Source: Thermoplasmatota archaeon (GTDB lineage: Archaea > Thermoplasmatota > JAKEGO01). Taken from it: a DNA stretch of 64,000 nt. Below, one piece after another: positions 46,003 through 54,745 of the stretch; positions within the stretch are counted from its first letter, which is position 1, and each line of letters begins with the position of its first letter. The notes below the pieces were generated by a model. That model was not told the DNA's origin. It saw only the letters and a list, made by a program, of their open reading frames with translations, and did not search any database. A program made the translations under genes and the position numbers. The DNA lies in assembly GCA_028279595.1 (NCBI GenBank), contig JANQNK010000003.1:128001-192000 (forward strand), read 5' to 3'.

Positions 46003-47393
46003 ACCACTCCCAATCCTATCTTCAGGTTGTCGAGGTTCTTTTCCATCTGCTCGATGTAGTCCATTCCGTCGATCCTCCCAGTCATGAGGTATATACGTAG
46101 GACATTGACGTTCTCTCCCGTCTGTTCCTCAACCTCCGTTTCCAGGGTCTCCGCGAAATTGGTAGGATAGACCGGATCGACGAAGATCGAGTAGATCTCC
46201 TCGTCCTCCATCAGCTCGGCGAGTTCGATGATGTCCGACGTGCTCGGTTCCTCTTCGGCCCATCCCTCGATAAGACCATGCTGTTCGAACTCGTATCGGC
46301 TGGACAGGTATCCGAAGGCGGAGTGCAACACGATGATACCCGACACGGGCGCATCTGAGAGGTTGTGCATGTATGCGTGGTCCAACTCCTCGAGCTCATC
46401 CCTCAACGTTTCCCATCTGTCCGTGTAGTAGGCCTCGTGGTCGGGGTCTTCCTCGACAAGGGCGTCATAGATGGCCTCAGCCTCCTGAACAGCGGTGAAC
46501 GGTGAGATCCATGTATGAGGATCGTTCGGTCCGTGATCGTGTCCATCATCGTGTCCATCATCGTGGCCGTTATCGTGGTCATCATGCTCGTGGAGATGTG
46601 CTATCCCGAGCTTGACCAGCTCCTCCTCCGTGGTATTGAAGTGGATCATGTAAGTGGTGTTCCCCTCGAGGTCGTAGACCCCGTGCCACTCGAACGGATC
46701 CTCGTGTTCGTGTTCCTCATGTTCATGTTCCTCGTGTTCGTGCTCCTCGGGCTCGACGGTCTCGTTGCCCAGAGACACGAAGAATCCCATCTCCTCCTCA
46801 TCGTGCTCGAGGAAGATAGCGAACTCGCCCTCCTCCTCCGGCTCGAAGGTCAAGTATCCGACGTAGGTGCCGTTCTCGTCGTGCAGTGTAAGGTTGTAGC
46901 ACACGCCGTCCTCGATGTCGGCCGCTGCCGACTCGTTGGGACCGGCGGAGATCGCCTCGAACGGGCCGTCCTCGAAGAGATGGTGTCCAGCCTCCACGAC
47001 CGGATCGACATTCTCCAGGAGCTCGAGCCCTTCCGAGGTCTTGATGATGTCCTTGTTCGAGGTACTGATCGCTGGCAACAGGTCATCCTCCACCCACGCG
47101 TCTATCCCGGTGCCGCTGTAGATCAGGATATCGGCATCGTCCGCCTCGACGATGTCGGAGACTGACGGCTGGAACCCATGGAGCTCAGTGTTGTCCGGTA
47201 TGATGGTCTCTACGTAAACGTATTTACCTCCTATCCGATTGGCGAAATATCCGTGGGGATAGAAGGATGCGACGACCTTCACCTTCCCCGCTTCGGCCTC
47301 TTCCTGTTCTATCGACTGCTGGATGGCAACACCCAGCCATGTCGAGACCAACACGATTGCCACAATCACTAGAACTATCTGTTTCTTATTCAT
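45999..47393 (-). CDS. znuA: Zn/Mn ABC transporter substrate-binding protein with large His/Glu-rich insert
   Basis: VVASFYP, ELHGFQP, DPHTW.SP, H.AFGYL..RY. Confidence 0.92.
   Translation of the reverse strand: MNKKQIVLVIVAIVLVSTWLGVAIQQSIEQEEAEAGKVKVVASFYPHGYFANRIGGKYVYVETIIPDNTELHGFQPSVSDIVEADDADILIYSGTGIDAWVEDDLLPAISTSNKDIIKTSEGLELLENVDPVVEAGHHLFEDGPFEAISAGPNESAAADIEDGVCYNLTLHDENGTYVGYLTFEPEEEGEFAIFLEHDEEEMGFFVSLGNETVEPEEHEHEEHEHEEHEHEDPFEWHGVYDLEGNTTYMIHFNTTEEELVKLGIAHLHEHDDHDNGHDDGHDDGHDHGPNDPHTWISPFTAVQEAEAIYDALVEEDPDHEAYYTDRWETLRDELEELDHAYMHNLSDAPVSGIIVLHSAFGYLSSRYEFEQHGLIEGWAEEEPSTSDIIELAELMEDEEIYSIFVDPVYPTNFAETLETEVEEQTGENVNVLRIYLMTGRIDGMDYIEQMEKNLDNLKIGLGVV
46533..46748 (-). repeat. 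Coding tandem repeats for His-rich loops (EEHEH x3; HDDG-type units)
   Basis: 15-nt and 12-nt imperfect tandem units inside znuA. Confidence 0.8.
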
Positions 47394-47434
47394 CTATCAT
47401 TACCCCCTTTAGACCTCGGTTGAATCAGAGCAAG

Positions 47435-47507
47435 GTTAATATATTAATATTTTCCCAGATTTATTAATCATTACTATTATTATGTCCTGGCCTTAGTAAT
47501 TATTAAC
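47435..47507. promoter_or_regulatory. Nested inverted repeats, candidate RHH/NikR operators
   Basis: ATTAATA-N12-TATTAAT, ATTACTA-N17-TAGTAAT and outer GTTAATA/TATTAAC in the AT-rich divergent intergenic region. Confidence 0.6.
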
Positions 47508-47640
47508 ATGGTCAGTCCACTCGAGGTCGACGAGGGGTCTTTCTGTTCGTGGTCAACTATAAATCGGATGAAATCTTAATAATCCATGTAGGGGGATTTG
47601 ACATAGAGCGAGTTAGGCAGGTCCCCCAGGAGGGATACAG

Positions 47641-48045
47641 GTGAACGAGAACGAGAACACCGTAATACAGTCCTTCAGCGCACCTGCGGACCTGATCGCC
47701 AAGCTCGATGAGCTTCAGAAGGAGCGCGGATACTCTTCGAGGTCCGAGGTCGTAAGGAAGGGGCTGAGGCACTTCTTCTCTCTCATCGACGAGAGGATCG
47801 AGGGCGACCACCCGGAGGGTGTGATCGTGACCTTCCATCCTAGGAAGGCGAACGCGGCCGTGTCTGATATAAGACATAAGTATGCGGATATACTGATCGG
47901 CTACACCCATTCCCATACCGGAAGCAAGCTGTGCAACGATGTGATGCTGGTCAGCGGACCGAACGACCAGGTCAGGTCGATGATTGACGAGCTCCGGGCG
48001 ACACGGGACGTCAGCCTTGTACAGTTCGTGCCGGCCCCCAAGTGA
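47641..48045 (+). CDS. nikR: NikR-family RHH regulator with canonical H/HxH/C site
   Basis: GYSSRSEVVR RHH; IRH...THSH.....C. Confidence 0.8.
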   Translation: MNENENTVIQSFSAPADLIAKLDELQKERGYSSRSEVVRKGLRHFFSLIDERIEGDHPEGVIVTFHPRKANAAVSDIRHKYADILIGYTHSHTGSKLCNDVMLVSGPNDQVRSMIDELRATRDVSLVQFVPAPK

Positions 48046-48067
48046 TCGGACCACTCACCCCTTGCCT

Positions 48068-48823
48068 TCAGAAAGCTCCAGCGATTGCATCGAACAGTCC
48101 CAGGAACCTCAATCCTATAACAAGGAGGAAGACACCGAAGACCCTTCTGAGATTCTCCCTTGAGATACTTATCGTAGCCCTGGCTCCGATCATCGCAGTG
48201 ACAGCCCCCGCCACACCGATCGCGATCCCCGCGGTGATGTCAGGAACCCCCTGATAGACGTACTGGGCCGTGGCTGCCGATGCGTTCACTACGATCACGG
48301 CTGACGACGTCCCCACGGCATGCCTGATGTCGAAGCCCATGTAGATCGTCATGAACAGCACCATGACGATCCCTCCGCCGATCCCAAGGAACGCAGCCAC
48401 GATCCCGACGAGGAAACCATACGGGATGATGACCATCGGATTCGACCTGGGCCTCCCGGCCTTCAGGGATTTCCCAGTATGGAGGAATCGATAAGAGAGG
48501 ATGAGCAGGAACACTCCGTAGATGAGCTTGATGGCCTCGGTCGGAGTGTTTATGGAAGCCAGTGCACCGATCTGTGTGCCAGCTATTGCCGGTACAGCCA
48601 GCATCACCGCTGTGCGAGGTTTCACATGGCCGAGCTTCCTGTGGGTCGCACTTCCGGATAATGTTATGATAATTATCGCAACGAGCGAGGTGGCGATCGC
48701 AACGTGCGGATCGACCCCTATCAGGATGAGGGAGGGTACTATGATGATGCCTCCCCCGATACCCAGGAGACCGCTGGCCAACCCGGCCAGGAGACCGATG
48801 ATAACCCCCACCAGTGGGTCCAT
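48068..48823 (-). CDS. TauE/SafE (TSUP) family transporter
   Basis: Two G.GGG motifs, A.ATSL, AVGTS. Confidence 0.92.
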   Translation of the reverse strand: MDPLVGVIIGLLAGLASGLLGIGGGIIIVPSLILIGVDPHVAIATSLVAIIIITLSGSATHRKLGHVKPRTAVMLAVPAIAGTQIGALASINTPTEAIKLIYGVFLLILSYRFLHTGKSLKAGRPRSNPMVIIPYGFLVGIVAAFLGIGGGIVMVLFMTIYMGFDIRHAVGTSSAVIVVNASAATAQYVYQGVPDITAGIAIGVAGAVTAMIGARATISISRENLRRVFGVFLLVIGLRFLGLFDAIAGAF

Positions 48824-48989
48824 GGTACCGGAAAAGAGCGGTCGTATTTAAGGTTCCCCGGGTTAACCTCCCGAACGCCAAGCCGTACCAAAGTCCATCA
48901 GGCATTGGCCGCTTCAATATATATTGTCGCCAAAGCCCTTTGGTCGGGAACCAACATTTATATGAGGGATGCGATTCCCACAGGATAGC

Positions 48990-49187
48990 ATGCAGGTAGA
49001 GATGGACAGGGTGGACTACATCACGGAGACCGCCCTCACGATCAGGGACACCCGTCGGAGGACGACGGTTCCCAAGGCGATAGTCGACCGACTGGAGCTG
49101 GAGAACGGCGACAAGATCAGGTGGATAATGTTCGACGACAAGTCGATAGTGATCACCAAGGTCAAGAACGGTTTCTCCGAGGATTGA
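48990..49187 (+). CDS. AbrB/MazE/SpoVT-like DNA-binding protein
   Basis: RTTVPK.IVD.L.L..GDKI.W. Confidence 0.8.
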   Translation: MQVEMDRVDYITETALTIRDTRRRTTVPKAIVDRLELENGDKIRWIMFDDKSIVITKVKNGFSED

Positions 49188-49201
49188 GGGACTGATAACG
49201 C

Positions 49202-50143
49202 ATGGTGTTCCTCGATCCTGCCTCAATCGTCGTTATCGGCTTCATATCCCAGTTCATCAACGGTTCGCTGGGAATGGGCTTCGGAGCGACCTCGTCTTCG
49301 CTCTTCATAGGCCTGGGTCTCTCCCCGGTCATAGTGTCTGCATCGGTGCACATCGGCAAGGTCTTCGCAGGCTTCGTTTCGGGGGCCTCGCATCAACACT
49401 TCGGCAATGTGGACAAGGAGCTGACGATGAGGTTGACGGCCATGGGTGTCGTCGGCGGCGTCATCGGAGCCTTCTTCCTTTCGAGGCTGGCCACCGACTT
49501 CGTGGTCCCGTTCATCGCGATAATCCTGCTCATCATGGGCCTTCGTATCTTCCTTCGTTTCTTCATCCAGAAGGCAGAGGCCCATCCTGGTCCCCCCTGG
49601 GGGCAGTTCTCCACCAGATTGCTTATCCCGCTGGGTTTCGTCGGAGGCCTCGTCGATGCATTCGGCGGAGCGGGCTGGGGCCCGATCTGCATGGCCTCTC
49701 TGGCTGGCAGGACGAAAAAGGAGATCCGTGTCCTCATCGGGTCGGTGAGCATGGCGGAGTTCTTCGTCTCACTCGCAGTGGTCGCTACCTTCATAGTGCT
49801 CCTCGGTGAGGGGGGTTTCTTCCTGTGGCTCGTCTTTCCTTTAGTGATAGGAGGCGTCCTGGCAGCACCGATAGCGGCCTATGCCACGACCAGGATCACA
49901 CCCACCAGGCTCGGTATGGTCGTGGGCATATTCCTGGTCGTGATTAACACCATCACTCTTGCAGGATCGCCATTCCTCACGGACGGGCCGATACCCGTTC
50001 CATCGGCCGCGATCGTGATCATGATCACATCGGCCGTGCTGTTCACCGTTTGGTGGAAGAAGTGGCGTCTGATCAAGACCAGGGAGGAGAGACAGAGGGC
50101 TCGGCGCAGGTTCGGCCGGGCCTTCAGGCAGAGGAAGGCGTAA
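49202..50143 (+). CDS. TauE/SafE (TSUP) family transporter
   Basis: GSLGMGFG, SASVH, H..FGNVD, DAFGG.GWGP, IGSV..AEF. Confidence 0.9.
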   Translation: MVFLDPASIVVIGFISQFINGSLGMGFGATSSSLFIGLGLSPVIVSASVHIGKVFAGFVSGASHQHFGNVDKELTMRLTAMGVVGGVIGAFFLSRLATDFVVPFIAIILLIMGLRIFLRFFIQKAEAHPGPPWGQFSTRLLIPLGFVGGLVDAFGGAGWGPICMASLAGRTKKEIRVLIGSVSMAEFFVSLAVVATFIVLLGEGGFFLWLVFPLVIGGVLAAPIAAYATTRITPTRLGMVVGIFLVVINTITLAGSPFLTDGPIPVPSAAIVIMITSAVLFTVWWKKWRLIKTREERQRARRRFGRAFRQRKA

Positions 50144-50177
50144 CGTTTTTAATGACGTAGCGTTGCTGGGTATCCCT

Positions 50178-51047
50178 ATGTCGGAAGAGAAGGGCTGTGG
50201 CTGTGGCACCAAAAACGACGTCAGCGATGAGGAGATCAGGCGCATCGTCAGGGAGGGCTATGCCCAGATATCCAACGAGGGATCCTGCTGCAATCCGGTC
50301 GTGTCCAGCACGCCCAGCGACACCGATGACCTCGCAAGGCACATCGCGAAGAAGATGGGCTATTCCACCGAGGAGCTCGACTCCATCCCGGACGGGGCAA
50401 ATCTCGGTCTGGGATGCGGGAACCCTGTCGCTCTCGCTTCGTTGGAGGAGGGCGAGACCGTCGTCGACCTAGGGTCTGGCGGAGGGCTCGACTGCTTCCT
50501 CGCCGCTGACCGGGTCGGTGAGACCGGCCGCGTCATCGGCGTGGACATGACCCCCGAGATGATCGAGAGGGCCCGCGGGAATGCCGCATCCGGGAACTAC
50601 ACCAATGTTGAGTTCCGCTTCGGCAAGATCGAGGAGCTGCCCATCGACGATGGAACGGTCGATGCCGTCATATCCAACTGCGTGATCAATCTCTCCCCGG
50701 ACAAGGCGCGGACCTTCGCAGAGGCGTATCGTGTCCTGAAGCCCGGCGGCCGCCTCATGGTCTCCGACATAGTCTTGCTGTCCGAGATCCCCGAATCCAT
50801 CCGGAACAGCGCAAAGGCCCTGGTAAGCTGTCTGGGCGGAGCGGTGATGAGGGACGAGTACCTGCGGCTGATCGAAGAGGCTGGATTCGAGGGCACCAAG
50901 GTCATCGACGAGATGGTCTTCCCGGTATCGGAAACGTCCAACGTCCCCACGGAGTCGGTCTGCTGCGGACCCGAGGTCTCCGAAGACGACATCGCCCGCG
51001 CCGAGGGCCAGGCAGTGACGGTGAAGGTACTGGCCTGGAAGCCGTAG
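50178..51047 (+). CDS. arsM: Arsenite S-adenosylmethyltransferase
   Basis: GLGCGNP, DLGSGGGLD, GVDMTPEM, SNCVINLSPDK, fourth Cys in SCLGGA. Confidence 0.93.
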   Translation: MSEEKGCGCGTKNDVSDEEIRRIVREGYAQISNEGSCCNPVVSSTPSDTDDLARHIAKKMGYSTEELDSIPDGANLGLGCGNPVALASLEEGETVVDLGSGGGLDCFLAADRVGETGRVIGVDMTPEMIERARGNAASGNYTNVEFRFGKIEELPIDDGTVDAVISNCVINLSPDKARTFAEAYRVLKPGGRLMVSDIVLLSEIPESIRNSAKALVSCLGGAVMRDEYLRLIEEAGFEGTKVIDEMVFPVSETSNVPTESVCCGPEVSEDDIARAEGQAVTVKVLAWKP

Positions 51048-51096
51048 GCAACGTAGAAGGATTTTATAGTCGGTCCCCGATAGTCGAACGGGTACC

Positions 51097-51651
51097 ATGG
51101 AGATCGACGACACCCCCGTCAGCCAATGGGGTATACTGAAGATGCTGACCGTCGTCCTGTGTCTAGCGATATTCGTGAGTCCGTTCCTTCCACAGTACTG
51201 GTACGAGGAAGAGACCCGTCACGCCATCACCCTCGAGGTGATCGACACCGAGGACAAGGACGTCAACGGGTTCGACGACGATTCCGTCGGTGGCGCTTCC
51301 AACGGTCAACTTTACGTCCTCTGCAGCATGTTCATCCTAGGGTTCATATTCATCGGACACGAGATCTCGGTGGAGATCCGTGGAGACAAACAGCGGATAA
51401 ACGAACTTCTTGCGATGGCGTTCGCTTTCGTCATGTTCGTACATTCAGCAAGCTTCTCCTGGTGGCTGGCGGACCAACTCGAGGACCAGTACACCGATGC
51501 GGGAGTCGGAGTTGGTGTTTATCTTGTGGTGTTCTGCTCGCTTATCCTGATGTTGACCACATACCTCCTGTGGAGGGAGAGGGAGCGCCCTGACTTCGCG
51601 ATAGTCACGGACAAAAGGGAAGACCTAGCACCTACCGCGGACGGTCGTTGA
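51097..51651 (+). CDS. Hypothetical 4-TM membrane protein
   Basis: Four hydrophobic segments. Confidence 0.7.
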   Translation: MEIDDTPVSQWGILKMLTVVLCLAIFVSPFLPQYWYEEETRHAITLEVIDTEDKDVNGFDDDSVGGASNGQLYVLCSMFILGFIFIGHEISVEIRGDKQRINELLAMAFAFVMFVHSASFSWWLADQLEDQYTDAGVGVGVYLVVFCSLILMLTTYLLWRERERPDFAIVTDKREDLAPTADGR

Positions 51652-51652
51652 G

Positions 51653-52642
51653 ATGGTAAGACGCCCAGACAATGTCTCCCAATTGGACCTGATCTACATC
51701 TTCGGTAAACCCCATGAACTGATCAAGTTCACGGTCATCCTACTATTGTTGGGACTGTTCTCATATCTCTTCAGTTTCATGTTCATGTTTGCTCAATGTT
51801 ATTGTCCAGAGGAAGTCATCGGGTTCTTCCTGCTCGGTAATTCCTTCTTTCTGTTCGCCATACTCATGACTCTGATCTCAAAAAAACAATCCTCTGAGAA
51901 AGGATTGTCCTCCTCCCAGGCCTTTTCACTTTCCGCATTACTAGGATTTCTCGTCGGATTTCCTCTTTACACATTTCCTCCGTATTATGAACGCCCCGAT
52001 CAGCTCATATGCTTCTCGGCCTGCCTTGTGCCGACCCTTGGTCTTGTGATCGCGGCTGGTAACCTCCTCTTAACGACGATTCGTGAAACCCGTGCCCTGG
52101 AAAGCGTAAATAGATCTGATGCGTCCTTAAAGGAATTGAGAACCAGCAGGCCGTCAACGAGTGCTCGAAAGTACTATCCCCGATCAGCAGAGTCCGGAAA
52201 AGCTGCGTCTAGGAGCATCCCCCTCTTCATTTTCGTTGCGTTCATTGTAGCCTACCCGATAATGACGAACCTTCCAGAATATTTCACCGGAATGAGTACA
52301 CCCACCGCTACGATGGAGCTGAACCAAACAACAGATGGTAACTACACATTGAACACATCCTCATTGGACATTTCTTCTGTCCGACTCGAATGGGTCAAGA
52401 TACAAATCATAAATCGGACCCGAGTCCCGGTCTATCAGATCGATCTCGATGATCTTAACTCGACTCAAAATTTTTCATCCACGGTTCAGTTCATCGACAA
52501 TGATGATGACTATCGTTGGACCGAAGGGGACGAATTCCACGTTGCATCCGCTGACAACGGTGGCTATGCAGAACCAGGATTCATAATCCGTTTGATATTC
52601 GATCCTACAGATAAAACCATTGCATCGGTCGAATTCAACTAA
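51653..52642 (+). CDS. Polytopic membrane protein with C-terminal pilin-head-like domain
   Basis: About 5 TMs then a domain visibly similar to pilin 26943-27470 (RVPV.Q..L.D; D...D....GD; R.IFDPT.K.IAS.E). Confidence 0.75.
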   Translation: MVRRPDNVSQLDLIYIFGKPHELIKFTVILLLLGLFSYLFSFMFMFAQCYCPEEVIGFFLLGNSFFLFAILMTLISKKQSSEKGLSSSQAFSLSALLGFLVGFPLYTFPPYYERPDQLICFSACLVPTLGLVIAAGNLLLTTIRETRALESVNRSDASLKELRTSRPSTSARKYYPRSAESGKAASRSIPLFIFVAFIVAYPIMTNLPEYFTGMSTPTATMELNQTTDGNYTLNTSSLDISSVRLEWVKIQIINRTRVPVYQIDLDDLNSTQNFSSTVQFIDNDDDYRWTEGDEFHVASADNGGYAEPGFIIRLIFDPTDKTIASVEFN

Positions 52643-52839
52643 CGGTTCTGATAGGTCGCTATGAAACGCTCCAGCGAGCGGTCGTATGTCCTCTCGACAT
52701 CAGCTGGGAATAGGCAACCTGGAAGCTCTCCATTCCTCCAGTGCTTCTTCAGGCATTCGCAGCACTTCCCCCTGGTGCCGCACGAGGTGTAGGTACAGGT
52801 ACAATTCTCGGCATTCTCTTCGAGATGACATTCGACCAT
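52639..52839 (-). CDS. Cys-rich small protein (DUF6485-like)
   Basis: CTCTY..C..RGKCCEC...H....ELPGC.FP...E.TYDRS. Confidence 0.8.
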   Translation of the reverse strand: MVECHLEENAENCTCTYTSCGTRGKCCECLKKHWRNGELPGCLFPADVERTYDRSLERFIATYQNR

Positions 52840-52957
52840 GGTCTCACATCCGTCGTCAACGCTTCGGTCAGCTACGGCATCCGCGCGCCCGCACTAACAC
52901 CCTGCGGGTGTGCGTGCGGTAGCGTCACACCTGTGATTGAAAGGGATAATGACCCGA

Positions 52958-53947
52958 TCAGTCCATGTCCTTGAGCGCCTGTGTCATGGCAGGGACGATG
53001 TCGTGCAGGTCCCCGACGATGCCGTAGTCGGCGACCTTGAAGATGGTCGCTGTCGGGTCCTTGTTTATCGCGACGATGACGGTGGATCCCATCATTCCGG
53101 CCCTGTGCTGGACGGAACCGCTGATGCCGCAGGCGATGTAGAGTTCGGGCGAGACCGTCTTTCCGGTCTGTCCGACCTGGTGGTCCTGGGCTATCCAGCC
53201 GTTGTCCACTGCGACACGGGAACCGCCGACCTCTCCTCCGAGGACCTCGGCGAGCTGGCGGATGTTCTCGAATCCGTTCTCGCTTCCGACGCCCCTTCCA
53301 CCGGCGACGATTATCTTCGCCTCCTCGAGGTTGACGGTCTTCCGGGCCTCCTTCACCACTTCGAGGAACTTGACCATCATGTCCGCGTCGACGGATTCGA
53401 AGTCGACCTTGACGACCTCGCCTGTCCTCGACGTGTCCGGCTCGATCGGTTTCATGACCCCCGGCCTGCATGTCGACATCTGCGGCCTCTTCTCGGGGCA
53501 CATGATCTGCGCCATGAGGCTGCCGCCGAAGGTCGGTCGTGTCGAAACGAGCAGTTTCGATTCCGGATCGATGTCCAGGCCGGTGCAGTCAGCTGTCAGT
53601 CCTGTGTACAGCCTCTGGGCCACACGGGGCGCGAGGTCCCTTCCGATATGGGTGGCCGGGAACACCACGATCTCGGGCTTGTACTCCTCGATGATCTTGC
53701 ATGCCGCCCTCGTGTAGGGGAGCGTAAGGAAATGTTCGACCTCGGGCGCGTCCGCGAGATAAACCGTGTCCGCTCCGTGCGCAAAGAGGTCCTGTGCCAT
53801 GGACTCGACGCCGCTCCCTATCAGGATGGCCCCGAGCTTGACACCGAGGTCGTCGGCGAGCTTCCGGCCCGAGCCGAGGAGCTCGAAGGCGACCTTCTGG
53901 ATCGTCCCCTCACGCTGTTCCGCATAAATGAAAACATCACCTGTCAT
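52958..53947 (-). CDS. etfA: Electron transfer flavoprotein alpha subunit
   Basis: GRDLAPR, GLTADCT, RPTFGG, QVGQTG, GISG..QH; ATG at 53947. Confidence 0.96.
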   Translation of the reverse strand: MTGDVFIYAEQREGTIQKVAFELLGSGRKLADDLGVKLGAILIGSGVESMAQDLFAHGADTVYLADAPEVEHFLTLPYTRAACKIIEEYKPEIVVFPATHIGRDLAPRVAQRLYTGLTADCTGLDIDPESKLLVSTRPTFGGSLMAQIMCPEKRPQMSTCRPGVMKPIEPDTSRTGEVVKVDFESVDADMMVKFLEVVKEARKTVNLEEAKIIVAGGRGVGSENGFENIRQLAEVLGGEVGGSRVAVDNGWIAQDHQVGQTGKTVSPELYIACGISGSVQHRAGMMGSTVIVAINKDPTATIFKVADYGIVGDLHDIVPAMTQALKDMD

Positions 53948-53952
53948 TTGAA

Positions 53953-54741
53953 TCACCTCAGCACGTTCTTGTCTTGAAGACGTTCGATAAGCGTGCCGGC
54001 GGCCTCCTTTGCCGTCCCCTCTATGAGCTCGCCCTCCCTCTTCGGGACCATGACGAAGGTCTTCTTGACCTGGGTAGGCGAACCCTTCAGCCCGATCTTG
54101 GCCTCGTCGGCGTTCAGGTCGGCGGCGGTCATCTTCCCGACCTCCTTGTCCCTGTACGCGGTGACGATGCCCTTGATGGTCGGATAGCGCGGCTCGTTCA
54201 GATCGCCGATCACAGTAATGACGGCGGGCAGCGACGTCTCGAGCGTCTCGTGTCCGTCCTCGAGGGCGCGCTCGATGACCGCCTTGTCGCCCGATATCTC
54301 GACCTTGCGTGCGTAGGTCACCTGTGGGAGCTCCAGCGACTCCGCGAGCTGGGGTCCGACCTGGGCCGTGTCCCCGTCGATGGCCTGCCTGCCGCATATG
54401 ATGAGATCGAACTTCCCGATGGCGTTCACCGCCCTTGCGATGGAGTAGGCCGTTGCCCAGGTGTCTGATCCTGCAAAGGCTCTGTCGGACAGAAGGATCG
54501 CCTCGTCCGCACCCATCGCGAGGGACTCCCTCAGCGCGTCGTCGGCCTGCGGTGGACCCATGGTCAGGATTGTTATCTTCCCGCCCTCCTTCTCGCGGAT
54601 CCGGAGCGCCTCCTCGATGGCGTGCTTGTCATCGGGGTTGATGATGCTCGGCACACCCTCGCGGATGAGCGTTCCCTTCTTCTCGTCGATCCTTACATCG
54701 TTCGTGTCTGGCACCTGTTTTATACAGACGATAATATCCAT
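53953..54741 (-). CDS. etfB: Electron transfer flavoprotein beta subunit (bifurcating-type motifs)
   Basis: CIKQVPDT, GTLIREGV, AGSDTWAT, CGRQAIDGDTAQVG. Confidence 0.96.
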   Translation of the reverse strand: MDIIVCIKQVPDTNDVRIDEKKGTLIREGVPSIINPDDKHAIEEALRIREKEGGKITILTMGPPQADDALRESLAMGADEAILLSDRAFAGSDTWATAYSIARAVNAIGKFDLIICGRQAIDGDTAQVGPQLAESLELPQVTYARKVEISGDKAVIERALEDGHETLETSLPAVITVIGDLNEPRYPTIKGIVTAYRDKEVGKMTAADLNADEAKIGLKGSPTQVKKTFVMVPKREGELIEGTAKEAAGTLIERLQDKNVLR

Positions 54742-54745
54742 TCGA

